Below are positions 9,485 to 18,852 of a DNA stretch of 64,000 nucleotides, piece by piece; position 1 is the first letter of the stretch, and every line of letters starts with the position of its first letter. The stretch spans positions 42,711 through 106,710 of the forward strand of contig CAWANN010000015.1 in NCBI GenBank assembly GCA_963783415.1, given 5' to 3'. This DNA comes from an uncultured Solirubrobacterales bacterium (GTDB lineage Bacteria; Actinomycetota; Thermoleophilia; Solirubrobacterales; Solirubrobacteraceae). The notes beneath the pieces were generated by a model, which worked only from the letters and a program-made list of their open reading frames with translations, did no database searches and was not told the DNA's origin. A program made the translations under genes and the position numbers.

Positions 9485-9501
9485 TCACCCCGATCAGATG
9501 A
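9485..9501. promoter_or_regulatory. 17-bp motif TCACC-N7-GATGA upstream of the ppk2 unit
   Basis: TCACCCCGATCAGATGA. Confidence 0.55.
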
Positions 9502-9503
9502 AG

Positions 9504-9899
9504 CTACGGCGTCGTGCTGGTCGTTGTCCTGGGCGCGGAGGTGTTCGTCGTCACCGCGTCGGCGGTGGTGACAGTGGTCGTCCGCGGCGGCGAGGTGACC
9601 GTGGTGCCGGTCGTGGTCGTTCTGGTCGGCTGCACGATGGTCGTGGTCTTGTCGACGCTCACCGATTTCGTTGTCGGCGTCGACGAGGTCTTCGACGAGC
9701 TGCTGTTGGCCAGCAGCACGACGACGACCACGACAGCGGCGATGGCCAGTGCGATCCCGCCGGCGATCGCCCAGCCGCGGCCCCCGCCTCCGCGCTCGGG
9801 CCCGTATCGACCGCTTCCCGGCCGCTCGCCCGGTGGAACGGGGCGGTCGCCGGGTGCTCCCGGACGGTCGTCGGGGGGAGGATCGAAGCTTTCAGACAT
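9504..9899 (-). CDS. Hypothetical single-pass membrane protein, Pro-rich N-terminus and Thr/Ser-rich C-terminus
   Basis: MSESFDPPPDDRPG..., TM segment WAIAGGIALAIAAVVVVVVLL, Thr-rich tail; start placed at 9899. Confidence 0.7.
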   Translation of the reverse strand: MSESFDPPPDDRPGAPGDRPVPPGERPGSGRYGPERGGGGRGWAIAGGIALAIAAVVVVVVLLANSSSSKTSSTPTTKSVSVDKTTTIVQPTRTTTTGTTVTSPPRTTTVTTADAVTTNTSAPRTTTSTTP

Positions 9900-9934
9900 G
9901 TCAGGAACGCTGTCGCGCGCCGGGGAGAGATGCG

Positions 9935-9951
9935 TCATCCCGATCGGATGA
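9935..9951. promoter_or_regulatory. 17-bp motif TCATC-N7-GATGA between the divergent membrane protein and SulP
   Basis: TCATCCCGATCGGATGA. Confidence 0.6.
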
Positions 9952-9993
9952 TGGCGCCGTCCGGACCGATCTGTACACCGGTCGTCTGTAGCC

Positions 9994-11742
9994 ATGGCGA
10001 CCAGGGATCGGAAGCAGGGTGGGCTCGCGCGTTACGTGCCGGCGGTCGGTTGGCTGCGCCGGTACGAGCGGCGGTGGCTGCGAGGTGATCTGGCGGCGGG
10101 CGTGGCCGTCACGGCGTTGGTCGTGCCGAAGAACCTCGGATACGCGGGCATCGCCGGTGTGCCGCTCCAGAACGGTCTCTATGCCGCGGCCGCGGGGGCG
10201 ATCATCTACGCCTTCTTCTGCACGTCTCGTCAGATCTCGACCGGCCCAAGCTCCTCGCTTGCCGCGGTCGCCGGTGGCGCGGTGCTGGCGACCAGCCTTG
10301 GCGGGCAGGACGCCGCGCAGCTGGTCGCGGCCATCACGCTGGCCACCGGGCTGCTGTTCCTCCTGCTTGCCGTGTTCCGGCTTGGGTGGATCGCGCAGTT
10401 CCTCTCAAAAGCGGTGGTCACGGGTTTCCTGGCCGGCGCCGCGGTGGACGTGGTCATCGGGGAGCTGCCGAAGCTGACCGGTACGTCGTCGAAGGGCGAC
10501 ACCGCCTGGCGCGAGCTGGCGACATGGGTCGGATCGCTCGGCGAGATCCATTGGACGACACTGGTGGTCGGGGTGCTGTCGATCGCGCTCATCCTCGCGC
10601 TCCGGTTCCTGGCGCCGGCCGTCCCGGGCGCGCTGGTGCTCGTGGCCGCGGGGCTGCTCGCATCCGCCGTGTTTGACCTCGGTGCCCACGGGGTGGCGCT
10701 CGTCGGGCACGTGCCACGAGGGCTCCCTGCCCCCAAGCTGCCCGATTTCACGATCGTGAGGCAGCACTACGCGAGCATCGGCATCGCTGCGGTCGCACTG
10801 CTGCTGATCGGGTTCTCGCAGACCGCGGGAGACGCTCGCGCGTTTGCCGCCCGGCACGGGTACCGGATCGACGTGAATCAGGAGTCCGTCGCGCAGGGGA
10901 TGGCGAACGTGGGTGCCGGCGTGTTCCAGGGGATGCCCGTCTCCACCAGCCTCTCGGCCAGCTCCTTGAACGAGTCCGCGGGCGCGCAGACTCCGGTCGC
11001 CTCGCTCACGACCGGGGCGCTCGTGATCGCGACGCTGATCGTGCTCGCGCCGGTGTTCTCGCATCTCCCGAAGGCCGTCCTCGGGGCCGTGATCATCGAC
11101 GCGGTCGTGTTCGGGATGATCGACATCGCCGAGCTGCGCCGTCTTCACCGCGTCGCGCGGTTCGACTTCTGGGTCGCGGTGATGGCGATCATCGGTGTGC
11201 TCTCTGCCGGAGTGCTCGCCGGCGTGGTCATCGGCGTCGTCCTCTCGCTGAGCTGGCTCGTGTATGTCGCCACCCGACCCCCGATGCCGCTGCTGGGCCG
11301 CGAGGCCGGAACGCAGGTGTTCCGCGACCTCGACGAGAACCCCGGTGACGAGACGTTCCCGGGGATCGCGGTTGTGCGTCTCGACGGCGGTCTGTTCTTC
11401 GCCACCGCCGAAGCGCTCGAGGATCGCGTTCGAGAACTCACCGAAGACGGCGGCCGGTCTCGCGCTCTGGTGCTCGATCTCGAAGGCGTCGATTTCGTCG
11501 ACTCGCAGGGCGCGGCAAAGCTGAGCGAGATCCACCGGCTCACCCAGGCCGACGGCGTCACGCTTCGCCTGGCGCGGGTGAAGCCACCCGTTCTCAAGGT
11601 GCTCCGCGCCGACGGGACCCTCGAGCTGATCGGCTCGGACCACATTCACGGCAACGTCAACCGCGCGATCGAGGCACAGCTCGCCGACGGTGAGACCGGC
11701 AGCCCGCCCCCCGAGGGCGACGCCGAGGGAGGAGCATCATGA
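9994..11742 (+). CDS. SulP family anion transporter with STAS domain
   Basis: GDLAAGVAVTALVVPKNLGYA.IAGVP...GLYAA, GP motif, C-terminal STAS (LFFATAE...LVLDLEGVDFVDSQG). Confidence 0.93.
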   Translation: MATRDRKQGGLARYVPAVGWLRRYERRWLRGDLAAGVAVTALVVPKNLGYAGIAGVPLQNGLYAAAAGAIIYAFFCTSRQISTGPSSSLAAVAGGAVLATSLGGQDAAQLVAAITLATGLLFLLLAVFRLGWIAQFLSKAVVTGFLAGAAVDVVIGELPKLTGTSSKGDTAWRELATWVGSLGEIHWTTLVVGVLSIALILALRFLAPAVPGALVLVAAGLLASAVFDLGAHGVALVGHVPRGLPAPKLPDFTIVRQHYASIGIAAVALLLIGFSQTAGDARAFAARHGYRIDVNQESVAQGMANVGAGVFQGMPVSTSLSASSLNESAGAQTPVASLTTGALVIATLIVLAPVFSHLPKAVLGAVIIDAVVFGMIDIAELRRLHRVARFDFWVAVMAIIGVLSAGVLAGVVIGVVLSLSWLVYVATRPPMPLLGREAGTQVFRDLDENPGDETFPGIAVVRLDGGLFFATAEALEDRVRELTEDGGRSRALVLDLEGVDFVDSQGAAKLSEIHRLTQADGVTLRLARVKPPVLKVLRADGTLELIGSDHIHGNVNRAIEAQLADGETGSPPPEGDAEGGAS

Positions 11743-13040
11743 AGTGGGAGATTCCCATACTCGCTGCGGCCCTGCTGGCCGTCGCGGGCGTGTCGCGCCG
11801 GCTGACCGACACGCCGTTCACGCCGGCCATGGCGTTCGTGCTGATCGGACTGGTGGTCGGACCGTTTGTGCTCGACGAGGTGTCGGTGTCCCCCGCGAGC
11901 GGGACGGTCCGCACGCTCGCCGAGGCGACGCTCGCTGTCGTGCTGTTCGCCGACGCCTCGCGTATCAAGCTCCGCGTGCTCAGGCGGGAGTACGCGGTGC
12001 CGCTGCGACTGCTCGGCATCGGGCTGCCGCTCACGATCGTGATCGGCGCGCTGCTCGCCGCGGCAATGTTCGCGCACCTGAACGCCGGTGAGGCCGTAGT
12101 GCTGGCCGTGCTGCTGGCGCCTACGGACGCCGCCCTCGGACAAGCGGTGGTGACCGAGCCGCGACTCCCGTCACGGATTCGACAGGGACTCAACGTCGAG
12201 AGCGGACTCAACGACGGGATCTGCGTGCCGCTGCTGTTGATCGCGCTGGCGGCCGCGGACATCGAGGCCAAGGCGACCACGAGCCATCATGCGATCAGCA
12301 TCGTGGCGGAAGAAATCGGCTACGGGATCCTCGGTGGCATGGTGGCGGGTCTGGCGGCCGGTGCCGTGGTCGCGATCGGCCACCGCCGGGATCTGATCAG
12401 CGGACCGTGGCTCCAGGTCATCCCGATCGCCGCCGCGGCCCTCGCCTACGGTTTCGCGGCGGCGCTCGGCGGCTCGGGGTTCATCGCAGCCTTCCTTGCC
12501 GGCGCCATCTTCGGTGGTCTCGTCCCGGAGGAGTCCGAGGAGGCCTCACGCCTCAACGAGGAGCTCGGGGCGCTCCTTGGCGGAGTGACGCTCCTGATCT
12601 TCGGCGCCGTGCTCCTAGGGCCAACCCTGAACCACGTGAGCTGGCAGATCGCCCTCTACGCGGGACTGAGCCTGACCGTCGTTCGCATGTTGCCCGTCGC
12701 GATCGCGATGCTCGGGAGCGCCGCCAAGTGGCAAACGGTCGGGTTCCTCGGCTGGTTCGGCCCGCGAGGGCTGGCATCGATCGTGTTCGCGGTAATCACC
12801 GTCCAGCAAGCGCACCTGGCCGGCGTCGACACGATCCTGCGCGCCACCTACCTGACCATCGGCCTGTCCGTATTCGCCCACGGCATCACCGCCGTGCCGC
12901 TGGCCAGGCGCTACGCCCGCTGGTACGAGGCTCACCCGCAGCACCGCAGGCCGCCGATGGAAAGCGTTCATGCGCCACACCATCGCGCCCGTTGGAGACC
13001 GCGGCCCCCGGGCGAGCCCGAATCATCGATTCCAGCGTGA
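11739..13040 (+). CDS. Cation:proton antiporter (CPA1/NhaP-like)
   Basis: LAPTDAALG, LNVESGLNDG, GWFGPRGLASIVF; ATGA overlap with SulP. Confidence 0.9.
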   Translation: MKWEIPILAAALLAVAGVSRRLTDTPFTPAMAFVLIGLVVGPFVLDEVSVSPASGTVRTLAEATLAVVLFADASRIKLRVLRREYAVPLRLLGIGLPLTIVIGALLAAAMFAHLNAGEAVVLAVLLAPTDAALGQAVVTEPRLPSRIRQGLNVESGLNDGICVPLLLIALAAADIEAKATTSHHAISIVAEEIGYGILGGMVAGLAAGAVVAIGHRRDLISGPWLQVIPIAAAALAYGFAAALGGSGFIAAFLAGAIFGGLVPEESEEASRLNEELGALLGGVTLLIFGAVLLGPTLNHVSWQIALYAGLSLTVVRMLPVAIAMLGSAAKWQTVGFLGWFGPRGLASIVFAVITVQQAHLAGVDTILRATYLTIGLSVFAHGITAVPLARRYARWYEAHPQHRRPPMESVHAPHHRARWRPRPPGEPESSIPA

Positions 13041-13390
13041 AGAACCGACCTCGAGCGCCCAAAGGCCCGCCGCCTGCGTGCTACTGACCCAGGTAGCGCT
13101 GGACGAGCTCCGAAGGTGCAGGCCGTCGTCGAGCACCGTGGCGCTCTCGGTCACGTTGGGCCTGCAGAGCCATGAGCCGTTGAACTCGTTGCCGTTGCTG
13201 TGGACACACGACACGTTCGCGACGACCCAGGGAGACCGGAGAAGTACGCCTGGAGATCCTTCTGCACCCTGGCATCCGACACGGGGCCAGCAGGAGTCTG
13301 GCTGCTCGGCACGGTCTTGGTGACGTGCTGGCTGCCGCAGCCGCTGAAAGCGGGGGCGGCAAGCACCGCCCCCGCTGCCAGGTACTTCAT
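13023..13390 (-). pseudogene. Small lipoprotein, probably frameshifted near 13228
   Basis: Lipobox AFSG-C after a hydrophobic stretch; 79-aa frame ends at 13151, a second frame continues VVANVSCVHSNGNEFNGSWLCRP; TGATG overlap with the collagen-like gene. Confidence 0.45.
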
Positions 13391-13974
13391 CAGCTAGCTG
13401 ACTCCGTGTAGGTCTGGTTGACCGGCACGTTCAGGTTGGGGACGCACAGCGCCCACACCTTGACCTTCTCGGGAGCCTGGCCGTTCTGGCTGGCGAACTG
13501 GACGATCCAACCGTCGAGCCGGCCCGGCTTTGGGGTGTTCGTGGACCAGTCCATGCGGCCCGGGAACGACTGGCCGACGGGCACCGTCTTGGTGTAGTCG
13601 TCAGTCGAGACGCCACCGCTGATCGCGGTATCAGTCGGCGCCTTGCAGGCCACCGTGGCGATCGCGCCGCCGTTCGTGTCGCCCACGTCGTAGTAGGCCA
13701 CGCTGTAGTACGCGCCCTGCAGGTACGAATCGCCGTTCTGACCGTTCTGGCCAGCCGGACCCTGCGCACCGTTCTGACCGTTCTGACCGGGAGCGCCGGC
13801 CGGACCGGTGTCGCCCCTCGGACCCTGCGACCGGGCGATGATCCGCCGCGTGGCGCGCTTGGTGATGTGGTGCTTGCCCTTGTGGGGCTTGGAGTGATGG
13901 CCCGTGTTCGCCATTGCGGTGGCGGGCATCAGCATGGTTGCGGCGGCTCCTGCGACCAGGATGATTTTGCGCAT
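13390..13974 (-). CDS. Secreted collagen-like protein (11 Gly-X-Y triplets plus C-terminal globular domain)
   Basis: Signal peptide ending AMA, His/Lys-rich segment, GPR-GDT-GPA-GAP-GQN-GQN-GAQ-GPA-GQN-GQN-GDS, two Cys; AAAGGAA RBS. Confidence 0.8.
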   Translation of the reverse strand: MRKIILVAGAAATMLMPATAMANTGHHSKPHKGKHHITKRATRRIIARSQGPRGDTGPAGAPGQNGQNGAQGPAGQNGQNGDSYLQGAYYSVAYYDVGDTNGGAIATVACKAPTDTAISGGVSTDDYTKTVPVGQSFPGRMDWSTNTPKPGRLDGWIVQFASQNGQAPEKVKVWALCVPNLNVPVNQTYTESAS

Positions 13975-14054
13975 TCGCGTTCCTTTGGGGGTTTATTTGC
14001 CAGCGGATGTCACTCCGCTCGGGGGGAGAGGCGGGCGCTCTTGCTTCACGTATT

Positions 14055-14179
14055 GCTAGCATTCGCGCTGGCAATTATGCTAGCACTTCCGCTAGCACGA
14101 TGAGGCCTCTTCTTAGGGACTTCTTCGCCGCGGACCGCTTAGCGTCCGCGCTGACGCTCGTGCTAGCATCGGCGCTAGC
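14055..14179. repeat. Two arrays of GCTAGC-type palindromes with 12-bp period (candidate RHH operator)
   Basis: GCTAGC 14055, GCTGGC 14067, GCTAGC 14079, GCTAGC 14091; CTTAGC 14138, GCTGAC 14150, GCTAGC 14162, GCTAGC 14174. Confidence 0.75.
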
Positions 14180-14217
14180 GCCGGACACCCTGACGATCTC
14201 TTCCCTAACTCTTTGCC

Positions 14218-14475
14218 ATGGCCATGACCCGCACCACGATCAGCTTTACCCGCGAGGGTATGCAGCTGATTCAGGAAGCGGCTAAGCGCCAGGGCTCGAG
14301 TGTCTCCCAGTTCGTCCGGGAAGCCGCGCTGATGCGCGCAACGATGGCCGCCGACGACAACCCGTACCCGATGCGCGCCCTCGCCGCCCAACTGCGCGCG
14401 ATCGGCGACCAGGGATACGCGCTAGCTGAGAAGGCGATGAAGGTCGCCGAGGACGAGGCCGAGCGCAAGTGGTGA
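14218..14475 (+). CDS. Ribbon-helix-helix DNA-binding protein (CopG/DUF1778-like)
   Basis: N-terminal strand RTTISF, helix MQLIQEAAKRQG, SVSQFVREAA. Confidence 0.75.
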   Translation: MAMTRTTISFTREGMQLIQEAAKRQGSSVSQFVREAALMRATMAADDNPYPMRALAAQLRAIGDQGYALAEKAMKVAEDEAERKW

Positions 14476-14764
14476 TGCCGCCAGGGCAACCGCCCGAGCG
14501 GCCTATCGCGACCGCCTGACCGGCGCCGGCGAACGACGGCCGTCATCGCCCGGCTTCGGCACTGGGAGCGGCTTCCGCCTACGCCGCAGCCTGGGCCCGG
14601 TCCGTGCGTTCGCGCTCGGCGTTAGCTGGCGGGGGGGTGTGCGCCTCTCTAAGAGGGGTGCTCGCGCCCTCCCGCTGCCCGCGGGTACGGGGTATGCTGC
14701 CCGCCAATACGGATCGGTCGCCTGCACTGAGACGGGTGGGCCGAGATGGGAGAGGTGGGTGGCC

Positions 14765-17464
14765 ATGTCGGAGCGTGTCAATGGCAGCGCCGGTTGGTCA
14801 ACTAGCGGTATTGGCAGGTGGCGTGCGGCCCTCGCGCTGCTGATGCCTCGCCGAGCGTGGCGCGTGCCGGTCCTCCTGCTGCTCGCGCTGGGGGCATTCC
14901 TGCTGCAGGCCGCTCCTGCCGGCGCAGTCTTTCGCCCCGGGCCACCCCCAGGGGCACCACCGCAGGTACGGGCCAACACCGAGCTGGTGATGTCCGGCAC
15001 CGGTAACGGCCAGGCGGTCAGCGGGTTCATCGCCACCCCGGCACCACCTTCGACCCAGTCACGGACCGCTATCCCACGAGCAACCCGACCACCGGCTTCA
15101 CCGCCCTTGAACGAGGGCTTCGCGGGCATCATCCGTCGCCCGTCCGCCCGAGCGGCGGCGCGAACCTGCAGCCTCTACTGCATCGACATCTTAACCGCTA
15201 CGTACGGCGGAATCGGGTACATAGCTGGGCACCTGGGACGCCGCCAACGTCCCCAACGTGGGCTACGTGGCGCGGCTGCTCAACGAGTACTACCCGAACA
15301 AGCCGACGAACCGGCCGCCTGACCGACCTCAACCAGACGGCCGCGGCCGTGCAGGCGGCCATCTGGTACTTCACCGACCGCTACGTGCTGAACACCACTG
15401 ACCCGCTGCACAGCACCGTGGCCGCCATCGTGGCCCACATCCAAATGGCGGGGCCAGCTGGGCGAGCCGGCGCCGCCCAGCCTCACCATCACCCCGCCGT
15501 CATGTGAGCGGCCCCGCCGTAGTGTGCTCGGGACCGTTCACGGTCAACACCAACAGCGGTCGCCACCACCACTTCCGGAGCGCCCGGACGCCACCGTGAC
15601 CGCCACGGGCGGGGAGATGTTCTCGGACTCGGCAGGCGCACGGTGCCGGATCGGAATCACAGCCACGGTGCCGTCCGGCCACGAAGATCTGGGTGCGCTC
15701 CACGGGTCCCACCATCGCGGTGCTCGAGGCCACGGCGGAGGCTACCGTCCCCAGCGGCAACGTCTACCTCTACGACGGCAACAGCGGGGTCAGCGACGCC
15801 CAGCACCTGATCCTGGCCAAGACGGGCACCTTGAAAACCACCGTCAAAGCTGAGGCCGAGTTTCTGCCCCCCGGCTCGCTCGTCGTCAAGAAGACGATCA
15901 CCGGTCCCGCGGCCGGATCGCAGGCGCATGTCGTCATCCACGTGGCCTGCGACGATGGCGTGCGCCAGGGACGACTTCATCATCCCCGCCGGTGCGCCCG
16001 CGGGCACCAAATCGAAGACGTACGAACCCATCCCGGCCGGAACGAGGTGTACCGTCACCGAGACTAACAACGGCAGCATCGTTGGCACGGACGTGGTGGT
16101 GATCGAGGCCGCGCAGGAGGCAACCATCCCGTCCGGCGGAACGCGAGACGGTGAAAATCAAGGACTTCTATTACCACGTCGGCTCGCTGCTCGTGAGGAA
16201 GACGATCGCGGGTCCGGCTGCGGGTCAGCAAGGGCAGATCACGATCCACTCCGAGTGTCATGGCAAGGCCTTGACCCCGGACTTTGTGATCCCCGCCGGG
16301 ACTCCCGCGGGTGACCAGACCATGCAATACGACAACATCCGTGTCCCAGCCAAATGCACGGTTACCGAGACCGTCGACGGACACACCAGCACCGTGTCGG
16401 TCGACGTCGTCGGGAGCGGGCAGACCGTACCCGTCGATCACGGTGACATCGCCGAGGCGGACATCAGCGACGCGTACGGACTCGTCCCCGGCCAGCTCGA
16501 GGTGACGAAATCCATTGCCGGCCCGCTTGCCGGGCAACAGGGACAGATCGTTATCCACACGGTCTGCAACGGCACCGCCCTGTCGCCTGACCTCATCATC
16601 CCGCCAGGGGCCACAGGCGACCATTCCCAGATGTACTCGAATATCCCCACCCCGGCGAGCTGCGTCTCCACCGAGACCGTGGACGGGGCTACCAGCGCCG
16701 TCTCGGTAGTCGTCACCGGCAGCCCCGACAGCGTCACGATCCCCGCGGGCGGCTCAGGGGCCGCTCACATCACCGACACCTACGGATCGGCTCCCGGCTC
16801 CCTGCTCGTCACAAAGACCATCGCCGGTCCCGCCGCCGGCCACCAGGGGCCGGTCACGATCAACGTGGTCTGCAACGGCGTCGCCCTGTCGCCGGACGTC
16901 GTGGTCGCGGCCGGGACTCACGCGGGCAACGTGTCGCAGGGTTTCGACGACATTCCAGCCGGCTCGGTATGCACCGTCACGGAGACCGCGGACGGCGCCA
17001 CCGCCACCGTCACGGCGACCGTATCCGGCAATGATCAGACGGTGACCGTACCCGCGGGCAAGGCGGTATCGGTGAACGTGATGGACGTCTACCAGCAGAC
17101 GCCCGGGCTCGCGCCAGAGGTACCGGGCCCGTCCGGCTCGCTCAGAGTGACCAAGACCATCGCTGGACCGGCCGCCCGCCAGCACGGTCGCATCTCGATC
17201 CTCGTGGTCTGTGGCGGCCCGATCCACACGTATGCCTTCCGCATCCCGGCCCACACCGGTCCCGGCTCTGTGTCACGCTATTACCCCGATCTCCCGGTCG
17301 GATCCCGCTGCACCGTCACCGAGACCACAGACGGCCACACCAGTACCGTCGCCGTGACAGCGACCAGCAAAGGCAAGAAGGCGACCATACACGCCAATCG
17401 CACAGCCACCGTTCATCTCACTGACACGTTCTTCAGTGTCAAGGCGGTCGCGGTCACGGGCTAA
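14765..17464 (+). pseudogene. Thioester-domain (TED/TQXA-type) surface protein with about five DUF5979-like repeats; many frameshifts in 15.0-16.15 kb
   Basis: Signal peptide ending APAGA; YCIDI at 15176; VQAAIWYF at 15349 in another frame; repeats GSL.V.KTIAGPAAG...C...C.VTET (four intact in 16151-17464); ends VAVTG-stop. Confidence 0.75.
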
Positions 17465-17523
17465 CGGGAGCGCAGGCGAAGCCGGGCTGCGCGATTCCAA
17501 CGATGTGACCGCGTCGCGCGCGT

Positions 17524-17540
17524 TCATCCCATCCGGGTGA
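17524..17540. promoter_or_regulatory. 17-bp motif TCATC-N7-GGTGA upstream of DUF6325
   Basis: TCATCCCATCCGGGTGA; GGTGA half-site again 24 bp later (17560-17564). Confidence 0.6.
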
Positions 17541-17609
17541 TGCCGTCGTCGGCCGGGTCGGTGAATCTGGACCCGGAGGGATCCCGCGCAGGGATGTCCG
17601 GCAACCCGT

Positions 17610-18092
17610 ATGGAGGACAGACCCATGAACGACGACGCCGCTGTGGATGAGCTCGGGCCGGTTGATTATCTGGTGGTCGAGTTTTCGGCTGACCGGGCGG
17701 ATTTCTCGGGTGCGATGGCCGCGGAGCTGTCTGCTCTGGTCAGGGGCGGCGTGGTTCGCGTGCTCGACTTGCTGATTCTCAAGAAGGACCTCGACGGGTC
17801 GGTGGAGGGCTTTGAGTCCCATGACTTCGGCGATAGCGATCTCGCTGAGCTGCTCGAGCTGGAGACGGAGCTCGCGATGCTGCTCGCGGCGGAGGACGTC
17901 GAGGCGATCGGGGCCGCGATGGAGCCTGGGTCTGTCGCGGCTGTGTTGATTTGGGAGAACGTCTGGGCCGCTCCGTTCGGCGCCGCGGTGCGGCGCTCGG
18001 GCGGGGAGTTGGTGGCCGGTGGCCGGATCCCGATCCAGGCGATAGCGGCCGCGGTCGAGGCGCATGAGGCCGAGATGACGGAAGGAGTCTGA
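17610..18092 (+). CDS. DUF6325 (DUF1269-like) family protein
   Basis: LGPVDYLVVEF...VRVLDLLILKKDLDGSV...PGSVAAVLIWENVWAAPF...GGELVAGGRIP. Confidence 0.8.
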   Translation: MEDRPMNDDAAVDELGPVDYLVVEFSADRADFSGAMAAELSALVRGGVVRVLDLLILKKDLDGSVEGFESHDFGDSDLAELLELETELAMLLAAEDVEAIGAAMEPGSVAAVLIWENVWAAPFGAAVRRSGGELVAGGRIPIQAIAAAVEAHEAEMTEGV

Positions 18093-18093
18093 G

Positions 18094-18276
18094 ATGTTGG
18101 GTCGAGGTCGACGGAGTGGAGGCGGACTGTTTGGAGGGCGACCGGTCGCGCGGACTGCCGCGGTGGCCGGCACGGCTGCGGTTGCGGTCCGGGGCGTCCG
18201 CCGCCGCGGCGATCGGCGCGAGGATCGGCGCGATGATCGTGGGGACCGGCGGGAGGATCGCCGGGACCGACGGTAG
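18094..18276 (+). CDS. Small basic/charged protein with VARTAAVAGTA motif and DRRE repeats
   Basis: Starts 1 nt after the DUF6325 stop; GGAG upstream; motif resembles N-termini of small proteins in DUF6325/SHOCT operons. Confidence 0.6.
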   Translation: MLGRGRRSGGGLFGGRPVARTAAVAGTAAVAVRGVRRRGDRREDRRDDRGDRREDRRDRR

Positions 18277-18852
18277 AGACATCCCGCGTTTCACCCGCCG
18301 TGGAGGCTCGGACCGGCGCCGGGACTTAGGGACCGCCGGTGAGTGGGCTGCCCACCTGGCCAAGGTCGCTGCGTTTGGATCCGGAACGCTGTCGCCGCGC
18401 CTGCGAACCAGCAGTACATCCGCCGTGAGCCGTCGTCTCGATCCGTGGCCCGGCCGACGATGCGGTAGCGATCCCGTTGCCCGACCGGACTGATGAAATG
18501 GAACGAACTCGACACGCTCGTTGGCGGCGGCCAAGAGATTGCCTTAGTGATCAGGCAGCGACAGTCTCAACCGGCCGCCAGCGGCTGCGCCCAGGTGGAG
18601 TGTCGGATCTCGATCGAAGGGAAGGCGACCTCATCGTCTCCTGCGAGCGTTCAAATGCCGGAGAGGGATGGAGTCCGCCTGCTTGTGGACGACCGGCCAG
18701 ACCCGCTCCGCCGGTGAATCGCTAACGGTGAGCGACTTGACCGTGTCGCGACGGAGTTTGTACTTCTTCCGGCGGAAGCCGTCGGCGTTTGCGGATGCCA
18801 AGCGGCACCGCGTATGCTACGGACCGCCAGGAAGTCGAACGAGCAGCGCGTG

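Noticed and set aside
13975-14030. c-di-GMP-I riboswitch-like words (GGCAAA...ACGCGAA) on the minus strand before the collagen-like gene
   Set aside because: The stems and tetraloop/receptor pattern could not be built; an Infernal search would be needed.
14475-14760. Toxin gene downstream of the RHH protein
   Set aside because: No GNAT, PIN or RelE-like ORF is visible.
18276-18850. ORFs 18493-18717 and 18291-18515; partial motif TCACCCGCCGTGGAGG at 18291
   Set aside because: No family motifs or clear RBS; the motif lacks its right half-site.
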